Of a DNA stretch of 64,000 nucleotides, positions 9,949-23,638 are shown piece after piece. The DNA is from Elsinoe ampelina (Eukaryota). The notes under the pieces were generated by a model. The model saw only the letters and a list, made by a program, of their open reading frames with translations. It was not told the origin of the DNA and made no database searches. The translations under genes were made by a program, and so were the position numbers. Position 1 is the stretch's first letter, and each line of letters opens with the position of its first letter. The stretch lies in contig ML992504.1 in the NCBI GenBank assembly GCA_010093995.1, forward strand, positions 744,001 through 808,000. The letters are read 5' to 3'.

Positions 9949-11582
9949 TCAGAACCCAACAATGCCCGAGAATTGCGTTTTGCACCTGTCAACAACTTGA
10001 GGCGGCATGACGAAGATGGGATGGACCAAGCCGACCAAGTCCTCCTTATCGAAAGCCCACCAGTCTCTTTCCTCCTCGGTAGCCAGATGGCCTCTCCACT
10101 GAAACGGCGTCGGCAGATTCGTCATGTCTTCAGTCTCACTGACGAGCCTCTCGTGATATCTCCAGTGGTTTTGAGCAGCGCTGAGACCAGCCAGCGAGTA
10201 GTTCGTGTGGTAGCCATCTTGTCGCGTGCCTGGCTTGTCCCTCAGCCCGCCCTGCTTAGTCTGGCTGCAGCATAGCGTGTACCTGACCAGTGCCTCCCTA
10301 TTCCACAGGGTCTTCCTGCTGTCGTTGTCCCCGGGTCCATAAATCGCAGCCTCGAGCAAAGCCCAACAACCACCCACCCAATGAGAATAGCAGGCATCAA
10401 CAAGCTTGTTCGTCCTCCCAGAGAAGCCACCTTCCGGCGCTGGTTGCCGGGACACGAGCCAGTGCACCAATCGGTCAACATTCAAGTTTTGTGGTATAGA
10501 CCTGTGAGGGGCACCTATTATGCTCAGACAAGCTAGGCCACAAAACGCATATGCTCCATGCGCTTCGTTGTCTGGAGCGCCGCCGATGCCACCCTCAAAG
10601 GTCTGGCATCGTCCAACCCACTCGCCCAAGCGGTCAAGAAACGAAGTGAGGCCGGCTTTGCGGGCGGGTGCATCCGGGGGCAACTCCAGCGGTAGGTTCA
10701 GCAGTGAGACGACCACCATGCTGCAGTAAGCACCGCGGACATCGACTTCTCCATCTACAGCCATGGCGAAGCCGCCTGGAGGTTGCTTAAGGGAGCCAAG
10801 CCATTGCCACCTGTCAATCGTTAGTAGAAGCCGGCGAGCACACGTAGAAAGTAGATGTACATGGATCGGCGGTCAATGAGCTCTAGGCCTTCCACAAGGG
10901 CCAGACTAAGCGTCGCCGCATAAGTCGCTGCGCCATGAGACGTCTGGCCATGTCCGCCGCCGAATCCTCCATCCTTGTTCTGGAGCGGAGTGAAGGTTTG
11001 CATGCAGCGATCTCGGTAGATCGAGACATCTTCACCCATATGTGCTAGACCGGCCAATGCCCAATACAGAATCCAGGGTCGACTTGCATCCATGGCTTGA
11101 TAAGCAGGCGGGTACGTGCCTAGACTTTTGTGCATGAAGTTGATGTGCTTCTGTCGCTGCAGTTTGGGTATACCGTGGCTATTGAGGTCGTGTATCTCGC
11201 GCTCCTCTCCTGACATGAGCTGTCGACATAGCTCGGCGACGGCATCCTGCTTGACCGAGGTCTCGGTTTCGAGATCATCTTTGAGAATCGGCAGGGTCGA
11301 GTAGAGAGCAGGTGTGATCTTGAGTTTTCCCATCCAGCCGTGTACGTCGTATGGATTGTTCTGCTCTTCCTCGGCTGACTCTTCAGTCTCGTAGTCGCCT
11401 TCGTCCGCTTCTGCCTCGGCTTCCTCAGTGGTCACTTCTTGTATGCGATTCTCGCTCAGTAACAGTCGATCCAGTCTCTCTGAAGGAGGAAGGTCATCAT
11501 CCTGTGGAGTAGACATGCTTTTGCCGGACCTGTTAAAATTGACACGTCGACCGATGCGTCGCTTGGTATGCGCTTTGCGCAT
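9949..11582 (-). CDS. RAM1: Protein farnesyltransferase beta subunit
   Basis: MDASRPWILYW, GGFGGGHGQTSH, GEVDVRGAYC, EAHGAYAFC, GRTNKLVDACYSHW, GGLRDKP..DGYHTNYSLAGLS. The two ORFs are joined by intron 10860-10811 (GTACAT..CTAAC..CAG). Confidence 0.95.
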
Positions 11583-11938
11583 GAAATGGATTGCGCTGGT
11601 TTATGCCGTGCTGGTCTGGGCTTTGTCCTTGATATTGTTCTTGAGGCATGCTGCACGCGGAATTTGTCGCAGGTCGCAATGCGGTGATCTTTACCAGACA
11701 CGCTTGCCCATCTCACCCATGGAATGGCGCACAATCAGCAAGTATAAGGTCATAACATATTGCGGTGTTTCGATGCAAGAAGGATCAATTTTAGAGTAAG
11801 GTATTTGGAGGCGCTTCTGCTTCTGAGCCCCTTAATCCCGCAATCTCCGTTGTGTAACCCAGCGGCCTCCTATAGCAGCATGGACGACTGAGCCTGCATA
11901 CGTCCTTGCTGGCTCCTGACATGTCTACCTAGATCCGC

Positions 11939-12308
11939 TTATGATCCAACGACATTGTCCATGTAGACCATGAGAGGGGGAGCCTCGACCTTGCCCTTGA
12001 ACAAGCTCTTGATGTTGCTGTGTGCCTCATCCGCTTCGTCATAGTATTTCATATCCTCGAGACTGGCGAAGCTGGTGGACAAGCAAAGTGTATAGCCCTG
12101 GGCGCGTGGGTCACCTGCCGTTTGACCTGCCACTGCTCTGACCAAGTATGGTTTTCCATCCTGACCTCTTCTTAGGTGTGGTTCTTGCCGGAGCAATGTT
12201 CTTGCTCACCTTCTTAGCGTCCTGCTTCAGCGTACTGAGCTGCTCGAGCATTGAAGGAATGCTGTCAGTATCGGGAATCTTGAACAGGGTGACGCGGTTG
12301 ACGGGCAT
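11939..12308 (-). CDS. Stress-responsive A/B barrel (Dabb) domain protein
   Basis: MPVNRVTLFKIP...KQDAKK, intron 12209-12161, then DGKPYLV..DPRAQGYTL..F.SLEDMKYYDEADEAH. About 106 aa. Confidence 0.88.
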
Positions 12309-14508
12309 GTTGTTGTTTGATTCGGTTTGTCTGGATGGGGGTGTTTGATTGCTTATTTGTGAGAACGTCCTCGACTATGAGAGGTCTTTACGGTATTTGT
12401 ACAAACCTCCTCATACTCACCACCGAAAGTCCGAATGGGCTTGAATGCATTGTCCCCTCAATGTCCGAAGCCAAGTCTGTGTGTCCGGACTTTTTGACAG
12501 GATCCAGATATGTGAGCGCTAGATGGCATCTTCTCGTCGGAAGACCATACACATGCTAACCAAGTCGACGAAGATATGTCCACGAAGTGCATGGCATGAG
12601 CTCTTGAGACTACAGTAGCATGTCCCTCTGATGAGCAAAGGTCTCATAACTAAAAAGACGATCAGCACGATCGACCGCGGGGTTGGTTTATGCTCGGCTC
12701 AGTCCACGGATGAGCTAAACTCTATCCAGTAAAGCCTCCCTTTACCGCCTTTTCCCTCTCCTCCTACTCCGACGACCAGCCATCTCGTTCCCCTCTCGAC
12801 CATTGATCATTCAAGGTTGCTTTCTGATCCGCTGTCTCAACACGAATCGCTGATCACCTGGTTTGCCCAGCATTTGCAGCGCCGATTCTCCGCTGTGGAA
12901 ATGCACGACACACAGCCTCCCGCCCGCCAAAAGTGGAGGACAGATTACGAGACCGTGAGGATCTTCCGTTAGCTTTGATGTACAGACCCGCCTGCGAATT
13001 AGCGACTGCCACACCGCAGCCAAATCTCCATTGACTTTGATACTCTGGCTGGATCTTGTTGTCATCCCTGCACGCTTCCGAGAGGGTTGGCAGGCGTGCT
13101 ATCATCTCGCCCGGCATTGCTATCAATCTCAACCAGGATAGCGACCAACACCTTCAGCTCTGGTACCGAAATCCACAGGAAACGACAACCCTCAACAGCC
13201 GCGGTCTGTCTTGCACCTTGCTGAGTCAAGCACCCACGCTGGCGCCGCTGTCAGTGTGCGGTTCGTGGCGTCAAGCGTGCAGAGGACCGATGTTCAGGCG
13301 TCTCTGACAACACATCAGCCCGCCGATTTGTCCAGTTCCTGGGGACCTCATCTGCACGTAAAAAAGTCAATGCTCATGAGCAGAACACACACACATCCGC
13401 GCCATGCCCTCTTCCGTGTGGTTGTACACCCGCCGGAGTCAACGCCTTCAATGCTTGCTCGAAGACTCGGGTCTAGAGATGCCATAACTCACTTTGCCAT
13501 GAGTATCAGAATGATCTCGTCTCGCTGAACCATATAGTGTTTACCATGATAGCCGCTCCGTCCAATTTCCCCCTTGCATATGTCCTGACGACGGACAACT
13601 ATTTGCGGCGCTACCTAGTTCTAGAAGAGTTCGGTCCGCCGCCCTATTCGACAACATCGACCAGACTTCAACCATGGCATGGGGCCAAAGCTTCCATTCT
13701 ACCTTACCCCAATGCAAACGTGCCTCCTACCGAGATGACTGCCAGAACTCGGTCAACCCCAAAGCAGTCCGGCCCTCTTTCACGTGCTGCAAGGATCGAC
13801 GCTGTTGTCCACGGTCGTCTGCTGCAACCGTGGGTATCGACTGACGCCTGTGCGTTTTTCGTTACCATTTCTGTGGAGCTTTGACAAGATCAGAGCGCTT
13901 TTGCCTACTGTCTTCTGTGCGTCCTGCATCTGGGTCCAATGCACGCCAACACATCGTTCCCGACCTGCCAGAAAAGCAAATGAGTAATTCAATGTGCAGC
14001 AACTATGGATCACACGAGCCGAACCTGAGTGGCCGCCGCCGATGCTACCGCTGGCTAGTCCAGCGGACTACATGCTGCCATCCTCCGGTTCACAGCATAT
14101 TCTCCATACACTTGTCGGCTGTTTGTCCACCACTGCGATAAGTCAATCTCATCCAGTCGCCGCTACTGACTTGCCACTTTTTTTTTCTCCTCTTCCCTCG
14201 CTCTACTATTCAATAGTCTGCCTTCCTTGTGTTCACTTTCCGTTTGAAACAAAGAAACAAAATGACGTTTGTCTGAAGTCCCTTTCGGCGTCTAGCATCC
14301 AAGCATCGAAGCATCAGATACCCCAACCACTCCGTGTCGTCAACCAAAAACCACAAGAGAGTGTGTCCGTGGCACCCGAAGAGCGGCCTTATATCTACAC
14401 CTCACAGACCTACAATTCCAAATCATTAGAAGTCACAAGTCACCTGCACCTCCCGAGCCCAATCCCAAGCCCAACCACCGGGTACCAATCGCTCACGCCC
14501 ACGCCACC

Positions 14509-15234
14509 ATGTTCTACATAATGTATCTTACCAGTAAGCCCAACCAATCCCTCTTCCACCTCCTCTCCACCCCTCCCAATCACCCTCCAGCCCAACCATC
14601 CACAAGCATCCATCACCCTCCCTCCCCCCTCCCTCCCCATCTCCTCCACGGACCCCTCCCATCCTGACCCCAACCCCCAGGCCTCTGCACGCGCCGCTCC
14701 TGGCCCACGCCCCAATTCAGCTCCTTCCGCACCCGCACCGGCTACGGCTGCGTCGTCCGCGTCAACAACCGCGAATACACGACCGGCGACGTGTCGTACG
14801 CCACGGAAGAACTCGCCCGCAACGCCGCGGCCACCCAGGCCTACATGATCTGCCGCAACTTCAGCGTCAACGACGGCATGTTGCCCGGCCAGCGACCGGG
14901 CATGGCCGCCGCGGGGAACGCGGGCGGTACCCAGGGGTTGCCGGTCGCGATTGGCACGGGGAGGCACAGGAGGGCTACGGGCGGGTCCGGGGCCAGTGCG
15001 GGGAGTGGCGGGAGTGCTGGGGAGGGGAGCGTGGAGGAGGGCGCCAGTAGTGGGTCTTCTGCGGGAGGGGGGTGGAGGAGGGGGGTGGAGGAGGGGGTGA
15101 GGGGGATGGGAGCGGGGTTGGGGCATAGGGGTGGGGCGGAGAGGAGGGGGAGTGCGGTTTGTCCGTGTAGGAGGGCGCAGGTGGCCGGGTATGGGAGGTG
15201 TTTGTATTGTTTGAGGGAGGCGGGGTATGCGTAG
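14509..15234 (+). CDS. Small fungal protein with an N-terminal dsRBD-like domain and a C-terminal CxC..CxxC motif (192 aa, 2 exons)
   Basis: Exon 1 is 14509-14533 (MFYIMYLT). Intron 14534-14680 (GTAAGC..CTGAC..CAG). Exon 2 reads SLCTRRSWPTPQFSSFRTRTGYGCVVRVNNREYTTGDVSYATEELARNAAATQAYMICRNFSVNDGM and is in frame with track ORF 14791-15234. Confidence 0.8.
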
Positions 15235-15775
15235 GGAGGGCCTCGCGGTCCTGGTCAGGGAGGGATGAGGGGTTGTCTGCATCGGGTGGTTTACCGTGGT
15301 AAGGCAGGGAAGAGGTGGTTTCGGTTTGTTGAAGGCAGGAGGTGGCTCTAACGATAACGACTCACGACCCAAAGAGCATCTGCATGATGTTACGGCCGTT
15401 TACAACGACTTTCTCATTGAGCTGATCGACGTCTTTCGATCGAGGCATAGCACCAAAAAAACATAGACAGCATTGATGCCCTCATGTGGCTTGCCCAAGA
15501 AATTTCTCATCTAATTCACTCAACATCTCTCGCCTGGAGACTGTGTCCTTTCGTTGTTGTTGCCCACGACTGTTTGATACACGCTTGAGTATTGTCATGC
15601 CAGCAGTCTCAAGGCCACGTGGTCTCTCAATAAGTAATGCATTCCTGCCCATCCTGTACCTATCCATGTGCCCATCCACGCCAAGACACAAGCGCACCTG
15701 TCCCACCCACAATGCAAAGTGGTATCAACATATCCCCAACCACCCCGAACGCCCAAGATGCATACACATGCCCAC

Positions 15776-17860
15776 TCATCTCTTCCTCCCCTTCCCCCTC
15801 CTCCCCTTTTTCTCCCCCACCACAACCTCACCCCCCTCCACCTCCCCCTTTTCCAGTCCTTCCGCCTCCTCAATTTTCCTCAACTGCTCCCTCCCCTCGA
15901 CGAACATGGTCAAATCACGATTCAACTCCTTCAACTCCTCAATCTCCTCTTTCAACTTGCCTTCCCCTGCGCGCTTCTCCCCAACCTCTTTCTCCATAGC
16001 CTTGATACGCTCCAACAGACCCTCGTTGATCGTCTTCTCTTCTCGAACTTGGGACATACTGCTCCGCGCTAGCCCCTCGAATTTATCCGCGCGAAGCTTC
16101 AGTTTCTCGGTTTGTGACCTGAGGGAGTCGACTTCCTTGCCTAGAGCGTCGCGGTCTTGTTGCGCGGCCTGGATCTCGGCGAGGGTTTCTTCGAGGCGCT
16201 TCCCGGCTTCTTCGGCGCGGGTAGCGGCGGAGCTGGCCTTGTCGACCGCTCGTTGGACTTGTTCTTCAAAGTACCGTCGCTGACTTTCGAGTTGGCCGGT
16301 GAGGAGGTAAGTGTACTCGCTCGCCATGTTCTCCATTTTTTCACGCGGGACGCTGTCCCCGCCTTCGCTTCTGAAGGCTTCGTTGGGGTGGCCTCCGCGG
16401 CGGCCGTTGCCGACATCGATGAAGCCTCGTCCAGCGCTTGGGTCTTTGTTTTGGATTAGGCGGTGCACGTACCCGTCCCCGGCGTAGTCCCAGACGTGTT
16501 GGCTGGCAATATCCATGGCGTAGCAGTGGCTTGTCGCTTCCCAATGGGCGAAGGCATGGGCGCTATCGTAGCGGCCGCAGCCGACATTGCCGCAGATGAG
16601 ACATATCCAGAGGTTCTGGTCGGAGGAGCAGGTGGCGCAGATGGGCGCGGTGTCAGGGCCAGGAGTGTCTAGTGGCCGAGGATAGGGAAAGGTGCTGCTT
16701 GGAGACTGGGAGAAGCGACATACCGGACAACCTGAACCTCGCCATTTCTCAAGACAGGCGCAGTGAAATACGTGCTGGCAGAGGATGGTGAGAAGACCAG
16801 TGGTTTCGTCCATGCGTTCGAGGCAGACCGGACAGGTGGGTAGCTCGGTGAGGGCCGAAGTGGGCGGTGGAAGAGGCTTGAGCGGCAGAGAAGAGGTGAA
16901 AGGGTCAGTGGCAGAGTGGGGAAAGGATGAGGTCGGAGTGAGGAAGGTGACGGTTGAGATGAACACGACGTGACAGTTCTCTGGCTAAGATGGATCAGTG
17001 GTGGTCGAGCAGGGAAATGGGGGTTCACATACCTCCATAGCGCTAAAGAGCCGGCCGTTCCATGCCTTCTGCCATTCTCGTGCCTTCTTAGGGGAGCGAA
17101 ACTTCATGAGAACCATGTATTTGTTGGCTCGCCCGGTTCTGATGAGGCGGAAATGGCTAACGTCCTCTCTTGTCTGATCACCCACGAATCCGAGAAGATC
17201 GCTGGGCATCATCCAAGAGGGAACCGCCAGTATACATAGCGTAGAGCACTTGTCGATATCAAAACTCGCTTCCTCCTTGGTAACCAGGCTCTTTCTGCTC
17301 GATGTGCTGAGATCCGGTACCTCCTGTGACTCCTTGTACAATCGCACCACTCCCCATCCGACGTCCGTTGTCTTTGCATCGCTCGGCACATATACAGCTC
17401 TGGTATGCGAGGCTCCAGACGCCTTGACGGGATTCCCCTTCTCTTGCGCTTCCATGTCTATGCTCTCAATACTGACGGGGCCAAATCGCCAATCTTTGCT
17501 GGCGTGCTTGGAGGATGGTTTGGGTGAGGAAGGCACATGAGTCTGATTGTCTCTCAGTGCGGGATTACGCTCAGGTAGGAGGAGAGCATCTCCTGGCGTA
17601 TCCAGATGACCAGCAGAAGATGGGCGAGTCTCTGGAGTAAGAGCGCGTGTTGGTGGAGGTGAGATCAGATTATGCTTAGCTCTTGCTTGACTGAAGTCTG
17701 ACGTCCAAGGCGTTGATCTGTGAGTCGGTAGAGGCGCGGTGAATATATCAGTCTCTGCTGGTGGTACGAAGACGTGCTGCGTATGTGAATCATTACTTGC
17801 GGTCCTGGCTGGATTTCGAGGGTACAGCTCCAGCTTCAGATGGTAGAGATGGGTGGGCAT
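15776..17860 (-). CDS. ETP1: BRAP2/ETP1-type RING and UBP-zinc-finger E3 ubiquitin ligase
   Basis: BRAP2 RRM-like region (LCILAVPSWM..YMVLMKFR..WNGRLFSAME) and intron 17032-16985. Then RING CPVCLERMD..CQHVFHCAC..CPVCR, ZnF-UBP LWICLICGNVGCGRY..HAFAHW..VWDYAGDGYVHRL, and a coiled coil. Confidence 0.95.
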
Positions 17861-18176
17861 TTCATGAGGTAATTCCGCTCTGTAGTGGCCATCGCAGCAA
17901 ACACTTGGACAATCGCTTTTGGTACGTCGTTAGAAGAAGGTGTTCTGGAAAGTTCTTGTTTGTTACAGAGGGCTTGAAGTGCTGGAATGGCAGGTATTTC
18001 CCAACTCACAGTTTCACATGTCATAGTCACGTTGTTCGCACAATAGAAGCAATTTGAAGGTCAATCAATGTTTGATTCTCTCGAAAAGTGTGGTGGAAGC
18101 TATCTCAGCTGCGCCTTCGTAGACGCTCTCGTAACGCCGCGAAACCCTCGAAACCCGTCATAATCATCATCAACGC

Positions 18177-18925
<749 letters not shown>

Positions 18926-19265
18926 GGCTGCGGTAGGTGTGTTGTGAGTGCGAGTGTGGTGTGTGTAGTACTAACGGTGGTGAGGACTTGTTGTGAAAGG
19001 TGGTGATGTATTGTGGTGAAAGAGAGGAGGAGAGAAGTGGCGTGATGGTGTTTAAGAAGGAACGGCTGAGACTGAGGATGAGTAAGTCAAGAGGCGGGCG
19101 GTGTCTGGGGAGGCGTGTTGGAAGGCGGCAATCGTCTCAAAGTGGCTTAGACCCACCTAGAAGCTTCCTTGACGCAACACTCAACAGCATGTGAATCCCG
19201 ACCGCCCCCGCGCGTTTGTGGTTGTCTCACTCTGGCAGACACCGATCTCGGGCCGCGAAGGATGC

Positions 19266-19695
19266 AATCACGTGGGTACAGTTGCTTATTTTTGGAAGAA
19301 TATGTGTCTAATACCATGAGTGTTTATCCCATTTCAAGGTTATAGCAGTGTCTGTATCATCAGAAGTGCCCATCTGATTACGCGGAGGTCTTGCACGCTG
19401 CGTTGCGCGATCGAGATGGACAACGACGTCATCGAATCAGCTTATCGGTTGCCGGAGGCACGCGAGTCAGGGCTGGTGCATGAAGCATTTGGGCAAACAA
19501 TAGGTGATGATATACTGCGTGAGCTGGCATGCAGTGTAGCGGATTACTTCTCCGGCTTGAATATTTGTCGCATGGCAAGCGTTTGCCTGTACCATTCACC
19601 TATGCATACTTGCAGATGGGTAGGCAAGCGCGAATCGACACCGACAAGCACGGCCGAGACCATTCGTCATGGAACGAGGTGAACAAATCACGTGG
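19266..19695. promoter_or_regulatory. Two identical AATCACGTGG (bHLH E-box) sites upstream of polyubiquitin
   Basis: AATCACGTGG at 19266-19275 and 19686-19695. A two-unit GAAgcTTC HSE-like element lies at about 19160-19167. Confidence 0.3.
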
Positions 19696-19885
19696 AAGGC
19701 AGCATGATGCTCTTTGAAAGCTTCTTCAATCATTTCTTGCTAGCATCTTTGCTGCTACGTTGACTTCATATTATCTCGTGATGGCTCTGTCGCCATGAAC
19801 GTGTCGCCATGAAGGACTCCTGGTCGTCCCATCCCTGAACCTGTACCGTAAACGCCGAAAGGAAGCGCAGACTTTTCTTCGTGTC

Positions 19886-21382
19886 TCATAGTGCGGTGCC
19901 AGGAGGGACAGCCGTGTTGTCAGATCCAAAAGCCGAGGATGCTGCCTGCTGGACCTGTCCCCTGCGCTCGTTGTCGAAGGGTTTGCGGCCCCAAGCGACG
20001 GGCATGGGATAGTAGCCGTGGATCTTTTTGTCCTTGATGTCGTTGGAGACCTTGGCCACGAAGACGTCGACTTCCTCCTTGCGCCAACCGAGACCACGGG
20101 TAAGCAGAGCCAGACAGAAGCCTTCAAGCCCGTCGAGGATGTTTACCTGGTTCCAGCGGCCGAGCTCCTTCATGTATGGGTCCTTGGGCCATGCGTTGGA
20201 TGGCCACATGAAATGACGCTCCTCGATGTCGACAAACCCAATATCCTCCAACCACTTGCGGTAGTAAGCAGAGACATCGGTACCCATAGGACGACCGAGG
20301 GCACGAGCGGCCTCGCACAGCAGCTCGCCCCACTTCTTGAGATGAGTGTTGTCCAAGGTACCGTCAGCACACTTGAGAGGAAGGCCATAATCCTGGAATT
20401 CGATGTAACCGCCGGGAGCAAGGTGCCTGTGATGCTCATCAGTGTTCGATCACGACCATTATTTGTCAAGCAACTCACTCGAAGGCCTGACGGATGACCT
20501 TGACGGGATCGGCAAAGCATCCAGCCATCAAACGCAGGTGAATGTAGTCGAACTTCTGATCAGGATAAACCCATTCGTCTTCGGCGTCGTCGATGATGAA
20601 GCGGAGGTTTGGAGGGATGCTTTGGAATCGTTAGATGAGGATTTCCATCTCCGCAAGTAGTACATACAAAGAGGGCTGGCCGGGGCTGAGGTCAATGCCA
20701 ACGACCTGACACTCGGGGTATTGATCCGCAAAGTCAACTGCCCAGATGCCGGTACCGGTACCAATGTCGAGGGCATTCTTGGGGTTCTGGAGAGGAGCGA
20801 GATGAAGAGTGTTGTAGGTCAGGTTGAACATGTGATGCTGTAGGTCTGACAGGGCATTAGACGTTGTCACAAGATCTATGTTTGAGGTAGCCCACCCAAC
20901 CTGTCTGCCTCGCGCTGTAGACGTTAGGGATGCTATGTGAAGTCGAGCATGATGTGAACTTACGTCGTCGTTCGGGAAGACATATTGACCATCCTTGTAT
21001 GCTGATAATTGTCAGATATCAGCGCCGTTGTACAGATGAATGTTGCTGACCGTGATAGGTGCGGCCGTGTTCCTTGCGGTAGTTGTAGATCGACTCGCTC
21101 AACGAGGTAGTGGTACTGAAACTGCGCGAAATGTTAATTTTCTGCGCAGTCATTGTTAAGCAGCTACAAGCAGTCGCAGTCGCAGCAGCAGCAGCAGCAC
21201 GCACGCATCGTCACCGAGAGCAGAGTCGGCATCTTCAAAGTCCTGAGATGCAGTCAGTTTGTGATATCCGATTGGTGGAGCCGTGCAGGCGAATTGTGAC
21301 TGCTTTGTACCTCGGCCTCGAGATTCTGTTCGCGAGTCTGGTTGAAGATGGTGTCGTCAATTTGATCAGTGGTGGGATCCAT
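19886..21382 (-). CDS. SAM-dependent methyltransferase, LaeA-like (Methyltransf_23) family, about 8 exons
   Basis: Spliced reading: MDPTTDQID..; DADSALG; STTTSLSESIYNYRKEHGRTYH; YKDGQYVFPNDD; READRLDLQHH; LDIGTGTGIWA..VVGIDLSP; IPPNLRFIIDDAEDEW..FDYIHLR; LAPGGYIEFQD; WPSNAWPKDP..KELG. Introns have canonical donors and branch sites. Confidence 0.92.
21182..21207 (+). repeat. Short (GCA)n microsatellite running into GCAC repeats, mostly in methyltransferase intron 2
   Basis: gcagcagcagcagcagcacgcacgca, preceded by cagtcgcagtcg. Confidence 0.7.
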
Positions 21383-23638
21383 GTTGCCACGAAAAGGCTT
21401 GTGTTCAAAATGAGAGAGTGTGTGCGAAGTGAAGTGGTGGTGAAGTTGTGGAAGTTAGAAGCAGGCAATAAGTGGCCCTGCTCTGGTTCGTGAGGGAGTG
21501 CACGCGGCACCCGGCAGACTCTGCACGTCGATCTCGCAGTCTGCAGCTGTCAAATATAAGCGAGTTCAGGCAAATGACCAATTTCGAGGACGAAGCCGCA
21601 TATAAAATGAGACCATGCGGAAGAAAAGGCGACAGGTACTGAGTGGAAGAAACAAGAGGGTAGCGTTTCGTGTCAATCCGTGCCGGGTCAGAATGTGGGA
21701 TCGTGTGGAGCACGCCGAAAGTGGGCAAAGTCAAGCGCAGCATTTCATCGGTCACGGCTTTTCTCGCACAGAATGGACCTCCTCGGACGGCAGCGCGATT
21801 CTTCAGCGAGCCACAATCCTCGAGATCCTCTCGATCATGACTTCAAAGGCGGGTCGGGCGCTGGCGTCTCGCTCAAGCATCCCGCAATCAGAGACGAGGC
21901 GGTTGGGTGAGATGGCAGACTAAGTCATTCAGTGGTTGAAAGAAGGCTCTAACCGTCCCGACAACTGCAAGACGTGCATGGCTTCACTCGGTCCTTGACA
22001 ATAGCGTGTGACGATGTTGGCGAAGGAGTCACAAGGTTTCATGTTCTTGACCGGCGATCGCCATGGAAGGTCAACAGGTTCCTGTCGTTGTACAGGCCTC
22101 GTATGGGGATCATTCGGTATGCACAAGCCAAACCATATGGCATCTGTCGAGGCCACATGGCAGCCATGCGAGTGGCGCCAGGGGAGGCTCGATGGCCAGG
22201 CCTCTGACGGCAGAAGTGTGGCAGTACAAGGGCATCATGTGTGGATCGAGTGCGTGGGGGTTGAGCAGAGTGCGAGCTGTATGAAGACGGGACGGGAGAT
22301 GCTGCGTCGACATGGAGCACAACAGCAACCACATTGGGAGGACCGGCTGTGATAGCACAAGGCCTGTCATTGGCTGGGCCCAGCGCGGCGTCCAAAGACC
22401 GTGCCTCTTTGCCAATCGAAAGTCTACTGCGCGGTCGCTTGCGGTGCAGCTGCTTAGGCGAAGGTCGAGCAGCCACCGAGAGCTCACATGGCGACAACGG
22501 CTGTGCATACTCATTCCTGCCACGATGTCGCAAATATCAAGGTCGAGTTTAGGTGAGTATAGAAAGACTGCAGTGGCTGAAGTCGTTCGGGGCGGACGTC
22601 TGATGTGCTCATTTTTGTGCGCGTATTCCTGCCGGCAGCTATCCCTTGTGCCGATCGTCCCTCCATGCTCACGGACGCTTGAACGTTACAAGACTAGCGT
22701 CAGTTCTCAATGCGGAGACCAATTTTGTTCATGCAGCTGTGGTTGGGCCACCAGGGCAGACGTGCTTGGTCTGCAGGAAGGAGATGATGATCTGATGAGG
22801 AGGCAACTCCTCTATGCAAAATCTCCGCGTCTTTCATTTTCAACGCCGGACGGGACCCTGGTGGCGCCAGCGATTCATTGCGTAAGTTGGAGTCGCGAGC
22901 GGGGAGGGAGGATGATGGAAAAAATAGCACAGAGTTTAGTGGACAGAGGGTGTGGGCACTGACACGTAGATGCCACCTCCGAAGGAAATGCCCGAGAGAC
23001 GTGCGCATCCTTGCGGCCACCTCGTGGCCCTTGTGAGCTCTCGAGCTTTCACAAGCTCTTAGCGAGGGTGGGAGGGCTTCTGCTGTCGCCCGTTTTGCTA
23101 ACGTTTGTGTGACCATCGGCAGCGAATGGTTCATCAAAATGGATGAGACTCGGTCTTTACTGCATCATTCTCACAACTATGTACTCGCCAGTCCATTGGG
23201 TCGAGGGAGAGAAAGGAGCACTCAGAGGGTCAAAACGTCCCTGTTGACAGTCATCGAACGGGCTGGTCTAGGCAAGCAACCAGTAGTCTATCATGGTGGC
23301 TGTTAGTCTGTGCCTGTTCGGGCCATGGAGGCTCGGGAGTTTCACGCGAGAATAATCAAGGAGTTTATCCAGCTCCCCCATGCACGTTTTCTCGCCTGCT
23401 CACTATTCGTCTGTTCGCCCAGAGTCCGTCCGTATATACAGCCCTCAGGTCCCAGCAAATCTTCCATTCGAGTTCCAGCATTCTGGTTCACCCGGTCCCT
23501 GTTAGCCCGACAGACAACACACCGCTGTCGCTCCCACTCATCTCCTGACCTCTCTCCATTGGCCTCTTTCTCACGGACCATGCGCTGACCCTTGTCGCTT
23601 CTGCTTCGCTGGCCTGGTCTGGTCCGCCCATCTTCGTC

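Noticed and set aside
14440..15372. 310-aa - strand Pro/Gly-rich ORF
   Set aside because: Antisense to the spliced dsRBD-like gene; its composition reflects the C/G skew.
18933..18990. GTAGGT..TACTAAC..GAG intron-like string on the + strand
   Set aside because: It lies antisense to the polyubiquitin 5' leader in a GT-rich tract, with no YAG acceptor and no + strand gene.
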